Shown here in pieces: positions 54,297 to 63,133 of a DNA stretch of 64,000 bases. A program made the translations under genes and the position numbers. The notes beneath the pieces were generated by a model. The model was not told the origin of the DNA and searched no databases. It saw only the letters and a program-made list of their open reading frames with translations. Source of the stretch: Dehalococcoidales bacterium (lineage in GTDB: Bacteria > Chloroflexota > Dehalococcoidia > Dehalococcoidales > UBA2162); assembly GCA_030690265.1 (NCBI GenBank), contig JAUYHA010000135.1:5737-69736 (forward strand). Reading direction: 5' to 3'. Numbering within the stretch: position 1 is the stretch's first letter; each line of letters begins with the position of its first letter.

Positions 54297-54506
54297 TTTT
54301 TTTGGTTTAATTATTGCCAATGAGACGCATTTGTAATATCAAAGAAGAATTTACGGATGTGTATTTATTTTTTTTTCACGCTTCTTGCAAATAAGAGGCA
54401 CTTGTATTTGACACTAAGTATTTAAAACAGGGAGGAAACTACCAGATGTAAAAAATGCGAAGAAAACAGGCTAAATCATAAATATAAATAAAGGAGGATT
54501 ATATTC

Positions 54507-55391
54507 ATGATTGGACCATACCTGCTAACCTTTAGAGAAGGGCTTGAAGCGGCAATGATAATAGCCATTATTTTAGCCTATCTCAATAGGACTCAGAGGG
54601 GTTCCCTATCGCGCCATATCTGGTATGGCGTCGGCTTTTCCATACTCTTATCCCTTATCCTGGGGGTTTCCAGCTGGCTAATCTATGGCGCTATTCCGAA
54701 GTCGGCTCAGGTACTATTTGAAGGCGGAGCCGCCTTACTGGCCGTAGTTGTTTTAACCACCATGATATTCTGGATGGCGACCAAAGGCAGGCAGATTAGA
54801 AGCGAGATTGAACAGCGGGTCCAGACAATAGCCACCCGCGGTGCCGTGCTGGGGCTGGTCTCTTTCTCCTTCATCGTCGTTTTCAGAGAGGGACTTGAAA
54901 CAGTAGTTTTCCTGATGCCCTTCCTGGTAAGTAATACAGGAGCTACTCTCATCGGGGCAGTTCTCGGGGTGGGCAGTGCCATTGTCCTGAGTCTTGCCAT
55001 CTATGTTTTTGGCATGAAAATCAACCTGGGTAAATTTTTCTATTATTCCAGCTTGCTGCTAATCCTGCTCGCCGCCGGGCTCTTCGGTTACGGATTACAC
55101 GAACTAATCGAATATTTCGAACTGAGCGGCATGGAACTCGGCTGGTTGGCTCAGCCTGCTTATGTCTTAAACATTGCCGGCGATAGCATTTTCCACCACA
55201 AGGGTGCCGTAGGCTCCATCTTTGCTGTAATGTTTGGCTACACGGTGAAAGCAGAATGGGCAAGAGTGATTGTCCATCTAGCCTATCTTGTCGTTGCCCT
55301 GCCGCTGGTTATCCGGGTTTACCACAAAGGGAGGACTCAATCTACACCTCTAAGAGTTGAAAGCCAACCTTCTCTGGTAAAGGAGGGTTAG
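54507..55391 (+). CDS. FTR1-family high-affinity iron permease (EfeU-like)
   Basis: Two REGLE motifs (FREGLEAAMI and FREGLETVVF) in a 7-TM protein of 294 aa. Confidence 0.85.
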   Translation: MIGPYLLTFREGLEAAMIIAIILAYLNRTQRGSLSRHIWYGVGFSILLSLILGVSSWLIYGAIPKSAQVLFEGGAALLAVVVLTTMIFWMATKGRQIRSEIEQRVQTIATRGAVLGLVSFSFIVVFREGLETVVFLMPFLVSNTGATLIGAVLGVGSAIVLSLAIYVFGMKINLGKFFYYSSLLLILLAAGLFGYGLHELIEYFELSGMELGWLAQPAYVLNIAGDSIFHHKGAVGSIFAVMFGYTVKAEWARVIVHLAYLVVALPLVIRVYHKGRTQSTPLRVESQPSLVKEG

Positions 55392-55401
55392 GAAAAGAGC
55401 C

Positions 55402-56204
55402 ATGTGGCAAAAAGTTTTGAACATAATTACCTTGGGCAGGCGTGGTGGCAGCTGTCACGGAGAAGGACTGAGAATAGATGAGGATGGCTTGAGAAAGGTC
55501 ATCATCGTCGGCAGCCCGAATGGTGGGTAAAAGCGTGGTCTTCAACAGCCTTACCGGAGCTTATGTCACAGTTTCCAACTATCCGGGGACAACGGTAAAT
55601 GTGTCAAGGGGCAAAGCGAAGATTGACGGCGAGGAATTCGAGATAATGGATACCCCGGGGATGTATTCTTTTATGCCCATCACTGAAGAGGAGCAGGTAG
55701 CCAGGGAAATACTGCTGAAAGAAAAACCCGAGGTAATTCTGCATATGGTGGATGCCAGGAATCTGGAAAGAATGCTGCCCCTTACCCTTCAGCTAATTGA
55801 AGCCGGCCTGCCTGTTATCCTCGACCTCAATATGATGGATGAGCTGGAAAAGGCCGGTATAGAAATCAATGTTGAGCAACTTGGACAGGAACTGGGCATT
55901 CCGGTAGTTGCCACGGTGGCAACCAGCGGCCGCGGTATGGAAATATTACGAAAAAGACTGGTGGAATATGTTAGAAGCCAGAGCTGTACCGTTCAAATAT
56001 GATGATATATTAGAAGGTGCTTTAGCCAGAATTGGAGACCTCCTTAAAAGCGACTACGCTGTCTCCAAAAGAAGCCTTGGCTTGCTCCTTTTGCAGAGAG
56101 ACCGTGAGGTAGAGGAACAGGTCAGCCAGCAGGAAGCCGAGAACTACGGGGCAATTCAGGAAGTCGTCTCTCAGGCAATAGCCAGCTATCGAGAGGGGAA
56201 ATAG
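55402..56204 (+). pseudogene. feoB: decayed ferrous-iron transporter feoB (G domain plus helical domain only, at least two frameshifts, membrane domain absent)
   Basis: Three successive frames. 55402..55530 ends ..KVIIVGSPNGG*. 55520..56002 starts (M)VGKSVVFNSLTG..NYPGTTV..DTPG. 55908..56204 continues with the FeoB-like helical domain. One extra G in aatgGtgggtaaaagc splits the GxPNxGKS P-loop. dtd starts at 56208. Confidence 0.65.
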
Positions 56205-56207
56205 AAA

Positions 56208-56657
56208 GTGAAGGCACTAATACAGCGGGTTAGCGGAGCTTCGGTCAGCGTTGACGGGGAGATGGTGGGCAGGATAGACCGGGGAATGGTGGTTTTTGTC
56301 GGCATAGCTAAAGCAGATACCGAAGAGGATGCCCGTTACCTGGTGAAAAAAATCCTCAACCTGCGGATTTTCGCCGACGCCGAGGACAGGTTCAACCTTT
56401 CCCCTCTGGACATTATAGGCGAGCTATTGGTAGTGAGCCAGTTCACCCTGCTGGCGGATACCCGGAAGGGGCGCCGCCCCAGCTTTACTGAAGCGGCAGC
56501 CCCGGCTCAGGCTGAGGAACTGTTTCAGTATTTTATCACCCAGGCACAGTCCAGCGGCTTGAAAGTAGCCACCGGCCGCTTCCAGCAATACATGCAGGTG
56601 GAAATCCACAATGACGGCCCGGTAACCATAATGCTGGACAGCAAGGACAAAATATAG
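56208..56657 (+). CDS. dtd: D-aminoacyl-tRNA deacylase
   Basis: KALIQRV, LVVSQFTL, GRRPSF, and NDGPVTI at the C-terminus. GTG start. Confidence 0.92.
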   Translation: MKALIQRVSGASVSVDGEMVGRIDRGMVVFVGIAKADTEEDARYLVKKILNLRIFADAEDRFNLSPLDIIGELLVVSQFTLLADTRKGRRPSFTEAAAPAQAEELFQYFITQAQSSGLKVATGRFQQYMQVEIHNDGPVTIMLDSKDKI

Positions 56658-56675
56658 GTTGTTTAGTAACTATCC

Positions 56676-56826
56676 TGCCATTGCGAGTCGCGATGAAATC
56701 GGGGCGTCGCAATCTCTTAACTACTCTGTCATTGCGAGCCATTCGTAGAAGGCGAAGCAATCTCTATAGATTATTCATATAGATTGCCACGTCGTCCTTC
56801 CAAAGGAAGGACTCCTCGCCATGACA
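56676..56826. repeat. PAL-A elements (degenerate copy plus full copy)
   Basis: tgccattgcgag at 56676 and tgtcattgcgagcc internally. The central hairpin is gcgaagcaatct..agattgccacg. The block ends ctcgccatgaca at 56826. Confidence 0.8.
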
Positions 56827-56889
56827 AAGGAGGTGAGTTGACAAATCTGGCTACGGTTGAATACACTAAATCAACAGGAGGCAAAGAAA

Positions 56890-57270
56890 ATGCTGTGCGG
56901 GAAGTGTAGCCATCCTAACCCCGATGAGAACAAGTTTTGCGGCAACTGTGGCACCTCTCTGCCGCCAGTCGAAGTTATCAGCCTGAAAGACCTGGTGGAT
57001 GCCGGTATTTTAAGAGCTGGAGATGAACTTTCCATAAGCGTCAAGGGCAAAGATGTTGCGGCCACCCTGCTGGCTGATGGAAAGCTGAAGTATCAGGAGC
57101 AGACCTATGATGCTCCCCTGGCCTGTGCTGCGGCTCTTAGAGGGCAAGTCTGTGATAGCTGGTATTGCTGGGAGGCAGTTGACCATATTACCGGGAGGAA
57201 GTACCCCATCAGCCACTTCCGAGGTGCATTGCGAAGAAAGAGGGGAGAAGTCCCTCCCTCCCCCCGGTAA
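56890..57270 (+). CDS. zinc-ribbon protein with a C-terminal RAMA-like domain (tentative)
   Basis: MLCGKCSHPNPDENKFCGNCG zinc ribbon. The C-terminal LVDAGILRAGDEL..Y.APLACAAALRG..WYCW resembles domains attached to restriction/modification proteins. AGGAGG SD before the ATG at 56890. Confidence 0.5.
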   Translation: MLCGKCSHPNPDENKFCGNCGTSLPPVEVISLKDLVDAGILRAGDELSISVKGKDVAATLLADGKLKYQEQTYDAPLACAAALRGQVCDSWYCWEAVDHITGRKYPISHFRGALRRKRGEVPPSPR

Positions 57271-57299
57271 ACCCCGGCACCCCTGAGACGAAATTCTAT

Positions 57300-57375
57300 T
57301 CCCCGGTAGCTCAATCGGTAGAGCGGGCGGCTGTTAACCGCTAGGTTGTAGGTTCGAGTCCTACTCGGGGAGCCA
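57300..57375 (+). tRNA. tRNA-Asn (anticodon GTT), CCA encoded
   Basis: Cloverleaf: acceptor UCCCCGG/UCGGGGA, D stem GCUC/GAGC, anticodon stem GGCGG/CCGCU with loop cuGUUaa, T arm GUAGG-UUCGAGU-CCUAC. Confidence 0.9.
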
Positions 57376-57399
57376 GACTATTTGTCAGTTTCGGTATCC

Positions 57400-57638
57400 T
57401 GTCATTGCGAGCCGAAGGCTTCAGCTAGACTTCGTCGTGGTTCCAGTGATGTCGCCAGAACTGAGCGCTCAGTCGAACGAAGGTTCAGCCTGAAGGCGTG
57501 GCAATCCATATAGATAACTCAATTACTTTAGATTGCCACGTCGCTAAGTTTACACTGAGCTCGTTCCGACTTGCCTCGACAAGCTCGGAGCAGGTTATCG
57601 TCAGAGTGAACGAAGCGAATGTGCTCCTCGCAATGACA
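57400..57638. repeat. PAL-A nested palindromic repeat element (239 bp)
   Basis: tgtcattgcgagcc (57400) .. gcgtggcaatcc..agattgccacg .. ctcgcaatgaca (57627..57638). It shares the ctcgttccgacttgcctcgacaagctcggagcaggtta module with 1420..1742. Confidence 0.85.
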
Positions 57639-57714
57639 AATAAGAATTGCTATAAACCCCTTCTAATCCTGTTGACAGTATGAGGGCAGAGTTGTAGACT
57701 TCAACAGGAGAAAA

Positions 57715-58959
57715 ATGAATTTTTTAAGCCAGATTGACCCCGAAATTAAACGAGCCATTGATTTAGAGAAGAAACGGCAGAAGGAGACAATCAACCTTAT
57801 CGCCTCGGAGAACTATACCAGCCGGGCGGTGCTGGAAACTCAAGGCTCGTTTCTAACCAATAAATACGCTGAAGGCTATCCCGGGCGGCGCTACTACGGC
57901 GGATGTGAAAATGTGGATACCGTGGAAAACCTGGCCATCGAGAGGGCGAAAGAGCTTTTCCACGCCGAACACGCAAATGTCCAGCCCCACAGCGGTGCCC
58001 AGGCTAATATGGCCGCTTACTACACCCTGCTGAGCTACGGAGATACCGTCATGGGTATGAGCCTGGCTCACGGCGGTCATCTTACCCACGGCAGTCCGGT
58101 CAATTTTTCAGGCAAATCATATAATTTCATCCCCTACGGAGTTAATCAAGAAACGGGAAGAATCGACTACCAGCAGGTAGAGAGGCTCGCCCTGAAACAC
58201 AAGCCCAGGTTGATTGTGGTCGGAGCCAGCGCCTATCCCCGGATTATAGATTTTGAACGCTTCCACCTTATTGCTGACCGGGTGGGGGCAAAAGTTATGG
58301 CTGATATCGCTCACATTGCCGGTATGATAGCTGTCGGTCTTCACCCCACCCCGATACCCTATACCGATGTAGTAACCTCAACCACCCACAAGACACTGCG
58401 CGGGCCACGGGGCGGCTTTATCCTGTGCCGCAGTGAGCTGGCTTCAGCAATAGACGAGGCTGTTTTTCCCCAGATGCAGGGCGGGCCCCTGATGCATGTC
58501 ATTGCCGCTAAAGCGGTGGCTTTCCAGGAAGCCAGCCAACCTGCCTTCCTGGACTACCAGCGAGCCACCCTGGAAAACGCCCTCGTCCTGTCAAATGAGC
58601 TAAAGCACTCTGGATTTCAACTGGTCTCCGGGGGGACTGACACTCACCTGGTTTTGGTAGACCTCACCGGGACAGGGGTCAACGGCAGACAGGTTGAAGA
58701 GGCTCTTAGCAGGGTGGGTATTATTGCCAACCGGAACAGCATCCCCTTTGATACCCGCCCGGCAAGGACTACCAGCGGCCTCAGGCTGGGCACTCCGGCG
58801 GTTACCAGCCGCGGCTTTGGCAAAGATGAAATGAAGCAGATTGCTTCGTTGATTGTCAAGGTAATCAGTAATATCGGTAACCGGGACATTGAGCACCAGG
58901 TAAGTGAGGAAGTTAGCCAGCTCTGTTCCCACTTCCCGGTGCCCGGAATTGATGCCTAA
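57715..58959 (+). CDS. glyA: serine hydroxymethyltransferase
   Basis: [27 protein letters not shown], and the PLP-Lys block [14 protein letters not shown]. Confidence 0.95.
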   Translation: MNFLSQIDPEIKRAIDLEKKRQKETINLIASENYTSRAVLETQGSFLTNKYAEGYPGRRYYGGCENVDTVENLAIERAKELFHAEHANVQPHSGAQANMAAYYTLLSYGDTVMGMSLAHGGHLTHGSPVNFSGKSYNFIPYGVNQETGRIDYQQVERLALKHKPRLIVVGASAYPRIIDFERFHLIADRVGAKVMADIAHIAGMIAVGLHPTPIPYTDVVTSTTHKTLRGPRGGFILCRSELASAIDEAVFPQMQGGPLMHVIAAKAVAFQEASQPAFLDYQRATLENALVLSNELKHSGFQLVSGGTDTHLVLVDLTGTGVNGRQVEEALSRVGIIANRNSIPFDTRPARTTSGLRLGTPAVTSRGFGKDEMKQIASLIVKVISNIGNRDIEHQVSEEVSQLCSHFPVPGIDA

Positions 58960-58981
58960 AATTGGCTGAAGGCGGATTCAG

Positions 58982-59010
58982 GAGGGGCTTAAAACCCCTC
59001 TTTTCTTTCT
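58982..59010 (+). terminator. intrinsic terminator after glyA
   Basis: gagggg-cttaaaa-cccctc hairpin followed by ttttctttct. Confidence 0.6.
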
Positions 59011-59058
59011 CCACCATCTCCCTGGCAACAAAAGGCTCTTTAAGAAGTCGTTTATCAA

Positions 59059-59253
59059 TGTCATTGCGAGAAGTCCTTCCCTGGAAGGACCCGTGGCAAT
59101 CCATAAGATTTATTGAGATTGCTTCGCGGAGCCTGTCCTGAGCGCTATGAGATTCTTCGCTACGCTCAGAATGACACGAAGCGAAGGGTTCACCCTGAAG
59201 GGTTCAGCCCGAGTTCACCCCGAGGGGTTCTCCCTGAAGGGCTCGCAATGACA
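59059..59253. repeat. PAL-A nested palindromic repeat element (195 bp)
   Basis: tgtcattgcgagaagtccttccctggaaggac..cgtggcaatcc..agattgcttcg .. ctcgcaatgaca (59242..59253). Confidence 0.85.
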
Positions 59254-59339
59254 CAAAACATTCTTTAAGAGGGTGAGCCAGAGAGCAAATAGTGCTATAA
59301 TGAGTCTGTAATTTGTAAGCTGGAAAGGAAGTATTAAGC

Positions 59340-60281
59340 ATGGATGAGTTGAAGATTTTCTCCGGTAGTGCCCACCCGAAGCTGGCCAAAGCAGTAGCTG
59401 AATATCTAAACATGCCTTTAGCTAGCCTCGAAGTTTTCCAGTTCGCTAATGAGAATATTTTTGTTCGTATTCTGGAGAATGTCCGTGAGCGAGATACCTT
59501 CATCATCCAGCCCCTATCCTCTCCGGTAAACAGGAACCTGGTTGAGTTGCTCATTACGATTGATGCTTTAAAGAGGGCTTCCGCCAAGCGGATTACGGCG
59601 GTAGTCCCCTACTATGCCTACGGTCGCACCGATAAGAAAGACCAGCCCCGGGTGCCAATAACCGCCAGACTGATTGCGGACCTGCTCACGGTGGCTGGTG
59701 CCAACCGTTTGCTCACCGTGGATTTGCATGCCGCCCAGATTCAGGGTTTTTTTAACATCCCTGTTGATGAACTTACCGCCCTTTATCTCCTGCGCAATTA
59801 TTTTAAGAGGAAGGGCTTTGATGACCTCGTAGTTGTAGCTACCGATATCGGCATTTCCAAGCGAGCCCGGGACCTGGCTGAAAAGCTAAATGTCCCCCTT
59901 GCCATTATGGAAAAGAGACGACTGGGTAATGCGGACAAGGTTGAGACCCTCAACGTAATCGGTGAAGTCAAAGGTAAGGTAGCCCTCACCGTTGACGATG
60001 AGATAGATACCGCTGGTTCCCTGACGAATACCGTCTCTACCCTAATAGAGCACGGAGCGTCAGAAGTATACTCCTGCTGCACTCATGCGGTATTTTCCGG
60101 CCCGGCTGTTCAGAGGATAGCCAGCTCTCCGGTAAAAGAAGTGATAGTTACTGACAGTATCCCTGACAGAGAAGAGAAAAAGCTGGATAAAATCACTGTG
60201 TTATCTATTGCCCCGTTACTGGGTGAAGCTATCCGCCGTATTCATACCGGACAATCTATCGGAGCTATGTTTGAGGAATAA
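59340..60281 (+). CDS. prs: ribose-phosphate pyrophosphokinase
   Basis: IFSGSAHP.LA, YYAYGRTDKK, DLHAAQIQGFF, and the PRPP loop VDDEIDTAGS. Confidence 0.95.
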   Translation: MDELKIFSGSAHPKLAKAVAEYLNMPLASLEVFQFANENIFVRILENVRERDTFIIQPLSSPVNRNLVELLITIDALKRASAKRITAVVPYYAYGRTDKKDQPRVPITARLIADLLTVAGANRLLTVDLHAAQIQGFFNIPVDELTALYLLRNYFKRKGFDDLVVVATDIGISKRARDLAEKLNVPLAIMEKRRLGNADKVETLNVIGEVKGKVALTVDDEIDTAGSLTNTVSTLIEHGASEVYSCCTHAVFSGPAVQRIASSPVKEVIVTDSIPDREEKKLDKITVLSIAPLLGEAIRRIHTGQSIGAMFEE

Positions 60282-60295
60282 TTGGAGAGTGGATT

Positions 60296-63085
60296 ATGCT
60301 TAAGTGGTTGGGTAGCTTTATTGATTCTAATGAGAAAGAACTGAAAAACTTACAGTCAAGGGTAGCCAGGATAAACGCCTTTGAGGCTGAATTTGAGAGC
60401 CTTAGTGATGACGAACTTCGGGCTAAGACTGAGCAATTTAAAAGACGGCTTGCTGAGGCTACCAGTAAAATCAAGCAGCAACTGGATGAGGCAGAAAGTA
60501 ACCTCGCTGAAGTTAGTCAGCACTCTTCCGTGATAGAGAAAAAAGCTGAAAGAGAAGACCGCTATGCCCAGGGCAAGCTGCTTGAAGAAAGAGTTAGCCA
60601 GCTTCAAAAAGAACAGCGGGTAATAGAGCTGGAAGCGCTGAATGAACTATTGCCTGAAGCTTTCACTGCTGTCCGTGAAGCCGCCAGGCGAACCATGGGT
60701 CAGCGCCACTTTGATGTCCAGCTAATGGGTGGCATCGTTCTCCACCAGGGGAAAATCGCCGAGATGAAGACCGGTGAGGGCAAGACTCTGGTAGCTACAC
60801 TACCCGTCTACCTCAACTCCCTGACCGGGCGGGGCTGCCACCTGGTTACGGTTAATGATTACCTGGCAAAACGGGACCATCACTGGATGGGTGCCATCTA
60901 CCACGCTCTGGGGGTTTCCGTAGCCAGCATCCAGCATGAAGCTGCTTTCATTTATGACCCGGAATATAAAACAGAGGATGAACGGTGGAACTTCTTACGT
61001 CCTGCTTCCCGTCGGGAAGCTTACCAGGCTGATATCACCTATGGCACCAATAATGAATTTGGCTTTGACTACCTGCGGGACAACATGATTGTTGACCTGT
61101 CCCAGTGTGTGCAGCGTCCCCTGAACTACGCTATTGTTGATGAAGTAGATAATATCCTCATTGATGAAGCCCGCACCCCGCTCATCATCAGCGGGTCTCG
61201 CCCGGACACCTCCCAGGAATACCAAATCTTCGCCCGTATTGCCCGTCAACTACAGCCGGAGCGCGACTACAAGATGAGTGAAAAGGGGCGCTCGGTCGAT
61301 GAAATTTACGAGTCCGGCTACGAGACCAGTGAAAATATATTGAGACGTGAGGGAGTGCTTAAATCAGGTAATCTCTATGACTATGAGAATGCTTCTCTGC
61401 TCCATCACCTGAGAAATGCTATCACCGCTAAAGAGTCATACCACAGAGACCGGGAGTATGTGGTCAGGGAAGACCAGGTTATCATTGTTGACGAGTTCAC
61501 CGGACGGCTGATGATGGGCCGCCGTTTCTCAGAAGGGCTGCACCAGGCTATTGAAGCCAAAGAGGGCGTTAAGGTGCAGCATGAATCGCTGACCTATGCC
61601 ACCGTTACCCTGCAGAACTACTTCCGGATGTACAGCAAGCTTGCCGGAATGACCGGCACGGCGGTTACCGAAGCGGAAGAGTTCCACAAGATATACAAGC
61701 TTGAGGTAGTAGTTATTGACACCAATGAACCGATGATTCGCCAGGACTCCCCCGACCGCATTTATAAGGACGAATCAGCTAAGTTCAAGGCGGTGGTGAA
61801 TGAGTTAGAGCAGCTTCACCGCAAAGAACAGCCGGTACTGACCGGCACGGTATCCATTGAAAAGTCGGAAATCCTCAGTGCCATGCTGAAGAAAAAGGGT
61901 ATACCTCACCAGGTGCTTAATGCCAAGAACCACGAAAAAGAAGCGAGCATTATCGCCCAGGCAGGGCGGATGGGGGCAGTAACCGTAGCCACCAATATGG
62001 CAGGGCGTGGTGTTGACATTGTGCTCGGAGGCAACCCGGAAGGAAGAGACGAACAGGAGTGGCGGCAGGAGCACCAGAAGGTGATTGACCTGGGCGGGCT
62101 TGTCATTATCGGCACCGAGCGCCACGAGGCGAGACGGATTGATAACCAGCTTCGGGGCAGGTCCGGCAGGCAGGGCGACCCGGGGCAGTCCCGCTTCTAT
62201 GTCTCTCTGGCAGACGATACTATCAAGCGTTTCGGCGGCGACCGTATCAAGGGCATTATGGAATGGGCTGGACTGGATGAAGATACCCCCATTGAAAATA
62301 GGCTGGTCAACAGGGCTATTGAAGGTGCCCAGGTCAAGGTGGAAGGCTACCACTTTGACATCCGTAAAAACCTGGTTGAGTATGACGATGTGGTAAACAT
62401 CCAGCGGGAGATTATCTATAGTGAACGGAAGAAGATACTGAGCGGGGCTGACCTTAAAGCCAATATCCTTGACATGCTCAGGGATGAGATAGGCAGTATT
62501 GTTGCCAGCCATATTAAAGGTGGGCGCGGAGCTGACCGGGACATCGAGGGCTTAAGCAGTGAAATCGCCAGCATTATGCCCCTTCCCCCTGATTCCCTCG
62601 CCCTTTTCTCAGATAGACCTGAAGAGATTGAGGAGAAGCTTTTTGAGCAGGCGGAAGCCCTTTATGAACAAAGGGAGCAGGAGCTTGGCTCGGAGAATAT
62701 GAGGGTACTTGAGCGCCTGGTAATGCTCCGCACCATAGATAACCTCTGGATAGAGCACCTGACCACGATGGAAGAGATGCGCCTGGAGGCGGGCTGGCAG
62801 ACCCTGCGCCAGGTGAAAGCCGCTGATGCCTACAAGAATAAAGGCTTCGAGCAGTTCCAGATACTGCTGGATACTATCCGCTATGACATAGCCCGGGCTA
62901 TCTTCCATGTCGGCATTATCCGGCAGGCAGCCAGACAGCCGGAGCCTTCCCCGATGGCGCGGGTCGCCGCCGCCACCGCTAACAGCCGGCAGCAAGGACA
63001 AAAGGCAGCCGGCACAAAAATAGGTCGCAACGAACCCTGCCCCTGCGGCTCAGGCAAAAAATACAAACTCTGCCACGGAAAGTGA
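60296..63085 (+). CDS. secA: preprotein translocase ATPase SecA
   Basis: MKTGEGKTL Walker A, DEVDNILIDEARTPLIIS, TNMAGRGVDI, and C-terminal zinc motif CPCGSGKKYKLCHGK. 929 aa. Confidence 0.97.
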   Translation: MLKWLGSFIDSNEKELKNLQSRVARINAFEAEFESLSDDELRAKTEQFKRRLAEATSKIKQQLDEAESNLAEVSQHSSVIEKKAEREDRYAQGKLLEERVSQLQKEQRVIELEALNELLPEAFTAVREAARRTMGQRHFDVQLMGGIVLHQGKIAEMKTGEGKTLVATLPVYLNSLTGRGCHLVTVNDYLAKRDHHWMGAIYHALGVSVASIQHEAAFIYDPEYKTEDERWNFLRPASRREAYQADITYGTNNEFGFDYLRDNMIVDLSQCVQRPLNYAIVDEVDNILIDEARTPLIISGSRPDTSQEYQIFARIARQLQPERDYKMSEKGRSVDEIYESGYETSENILRREGVLKSGNLYDYENASLLHHLRNAITAKESYHRDREYVVREDQVIIVDEFTGRLMMGRRFSEGLHQAIEAKEGVKVQHESLTYATVTLQNYFRMYSKLAGMTGTAVTEAEEFHKIYKLEVVVIDTNEPMIRQDSPDRIYKDESAKFKAVVNELEQLHRKEQPVLTGTVSIEKSEILSAMLKKKGIPHQVLNAKNHEKEASIIAQAGRMGAVTVATNMAGRGVDIVLGGNPEGRDEQEWRQEHQKVIDLGGLVIIGTERHEARRIDNQLRGRSGRQGDPGQSRFYVSLADDTIKRFGGDRIKGIMEWAGLDEDTPIENRLVNRAIEGAQVKVEGYHFDIRKNLVEYDDVVNIQREIIYSERKKILSGADLKANILDMLRDEIGSIVASHIKGGRGADRDIEGLSSEIASIMPLPPDSLALFSDRPEEIEEKLFEQAEALYEQREQELGSENMRVLERLVMLRTIDNLWIEHLTTMEEMRLEAGWQTLRQVKAADAYKNKGFEQFQILLDTIRYDIARAIFHVGIIRQAARQPEPSPMARVAAATANSRQQGQKAAGTKIGRNEPCPCGSGKKYKLCHGK

Positions 63086-63133
63086 AAAAGTAATAAGAGT
63101 AGCCCTGTTGGATACTAAAGAGGAATTGATAAT

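Noticed and set aside
61805-62512. 235-aa ORF on the minus strand
   Set aside because: It lies inside and antisense to secA. It is a shadow ORF.
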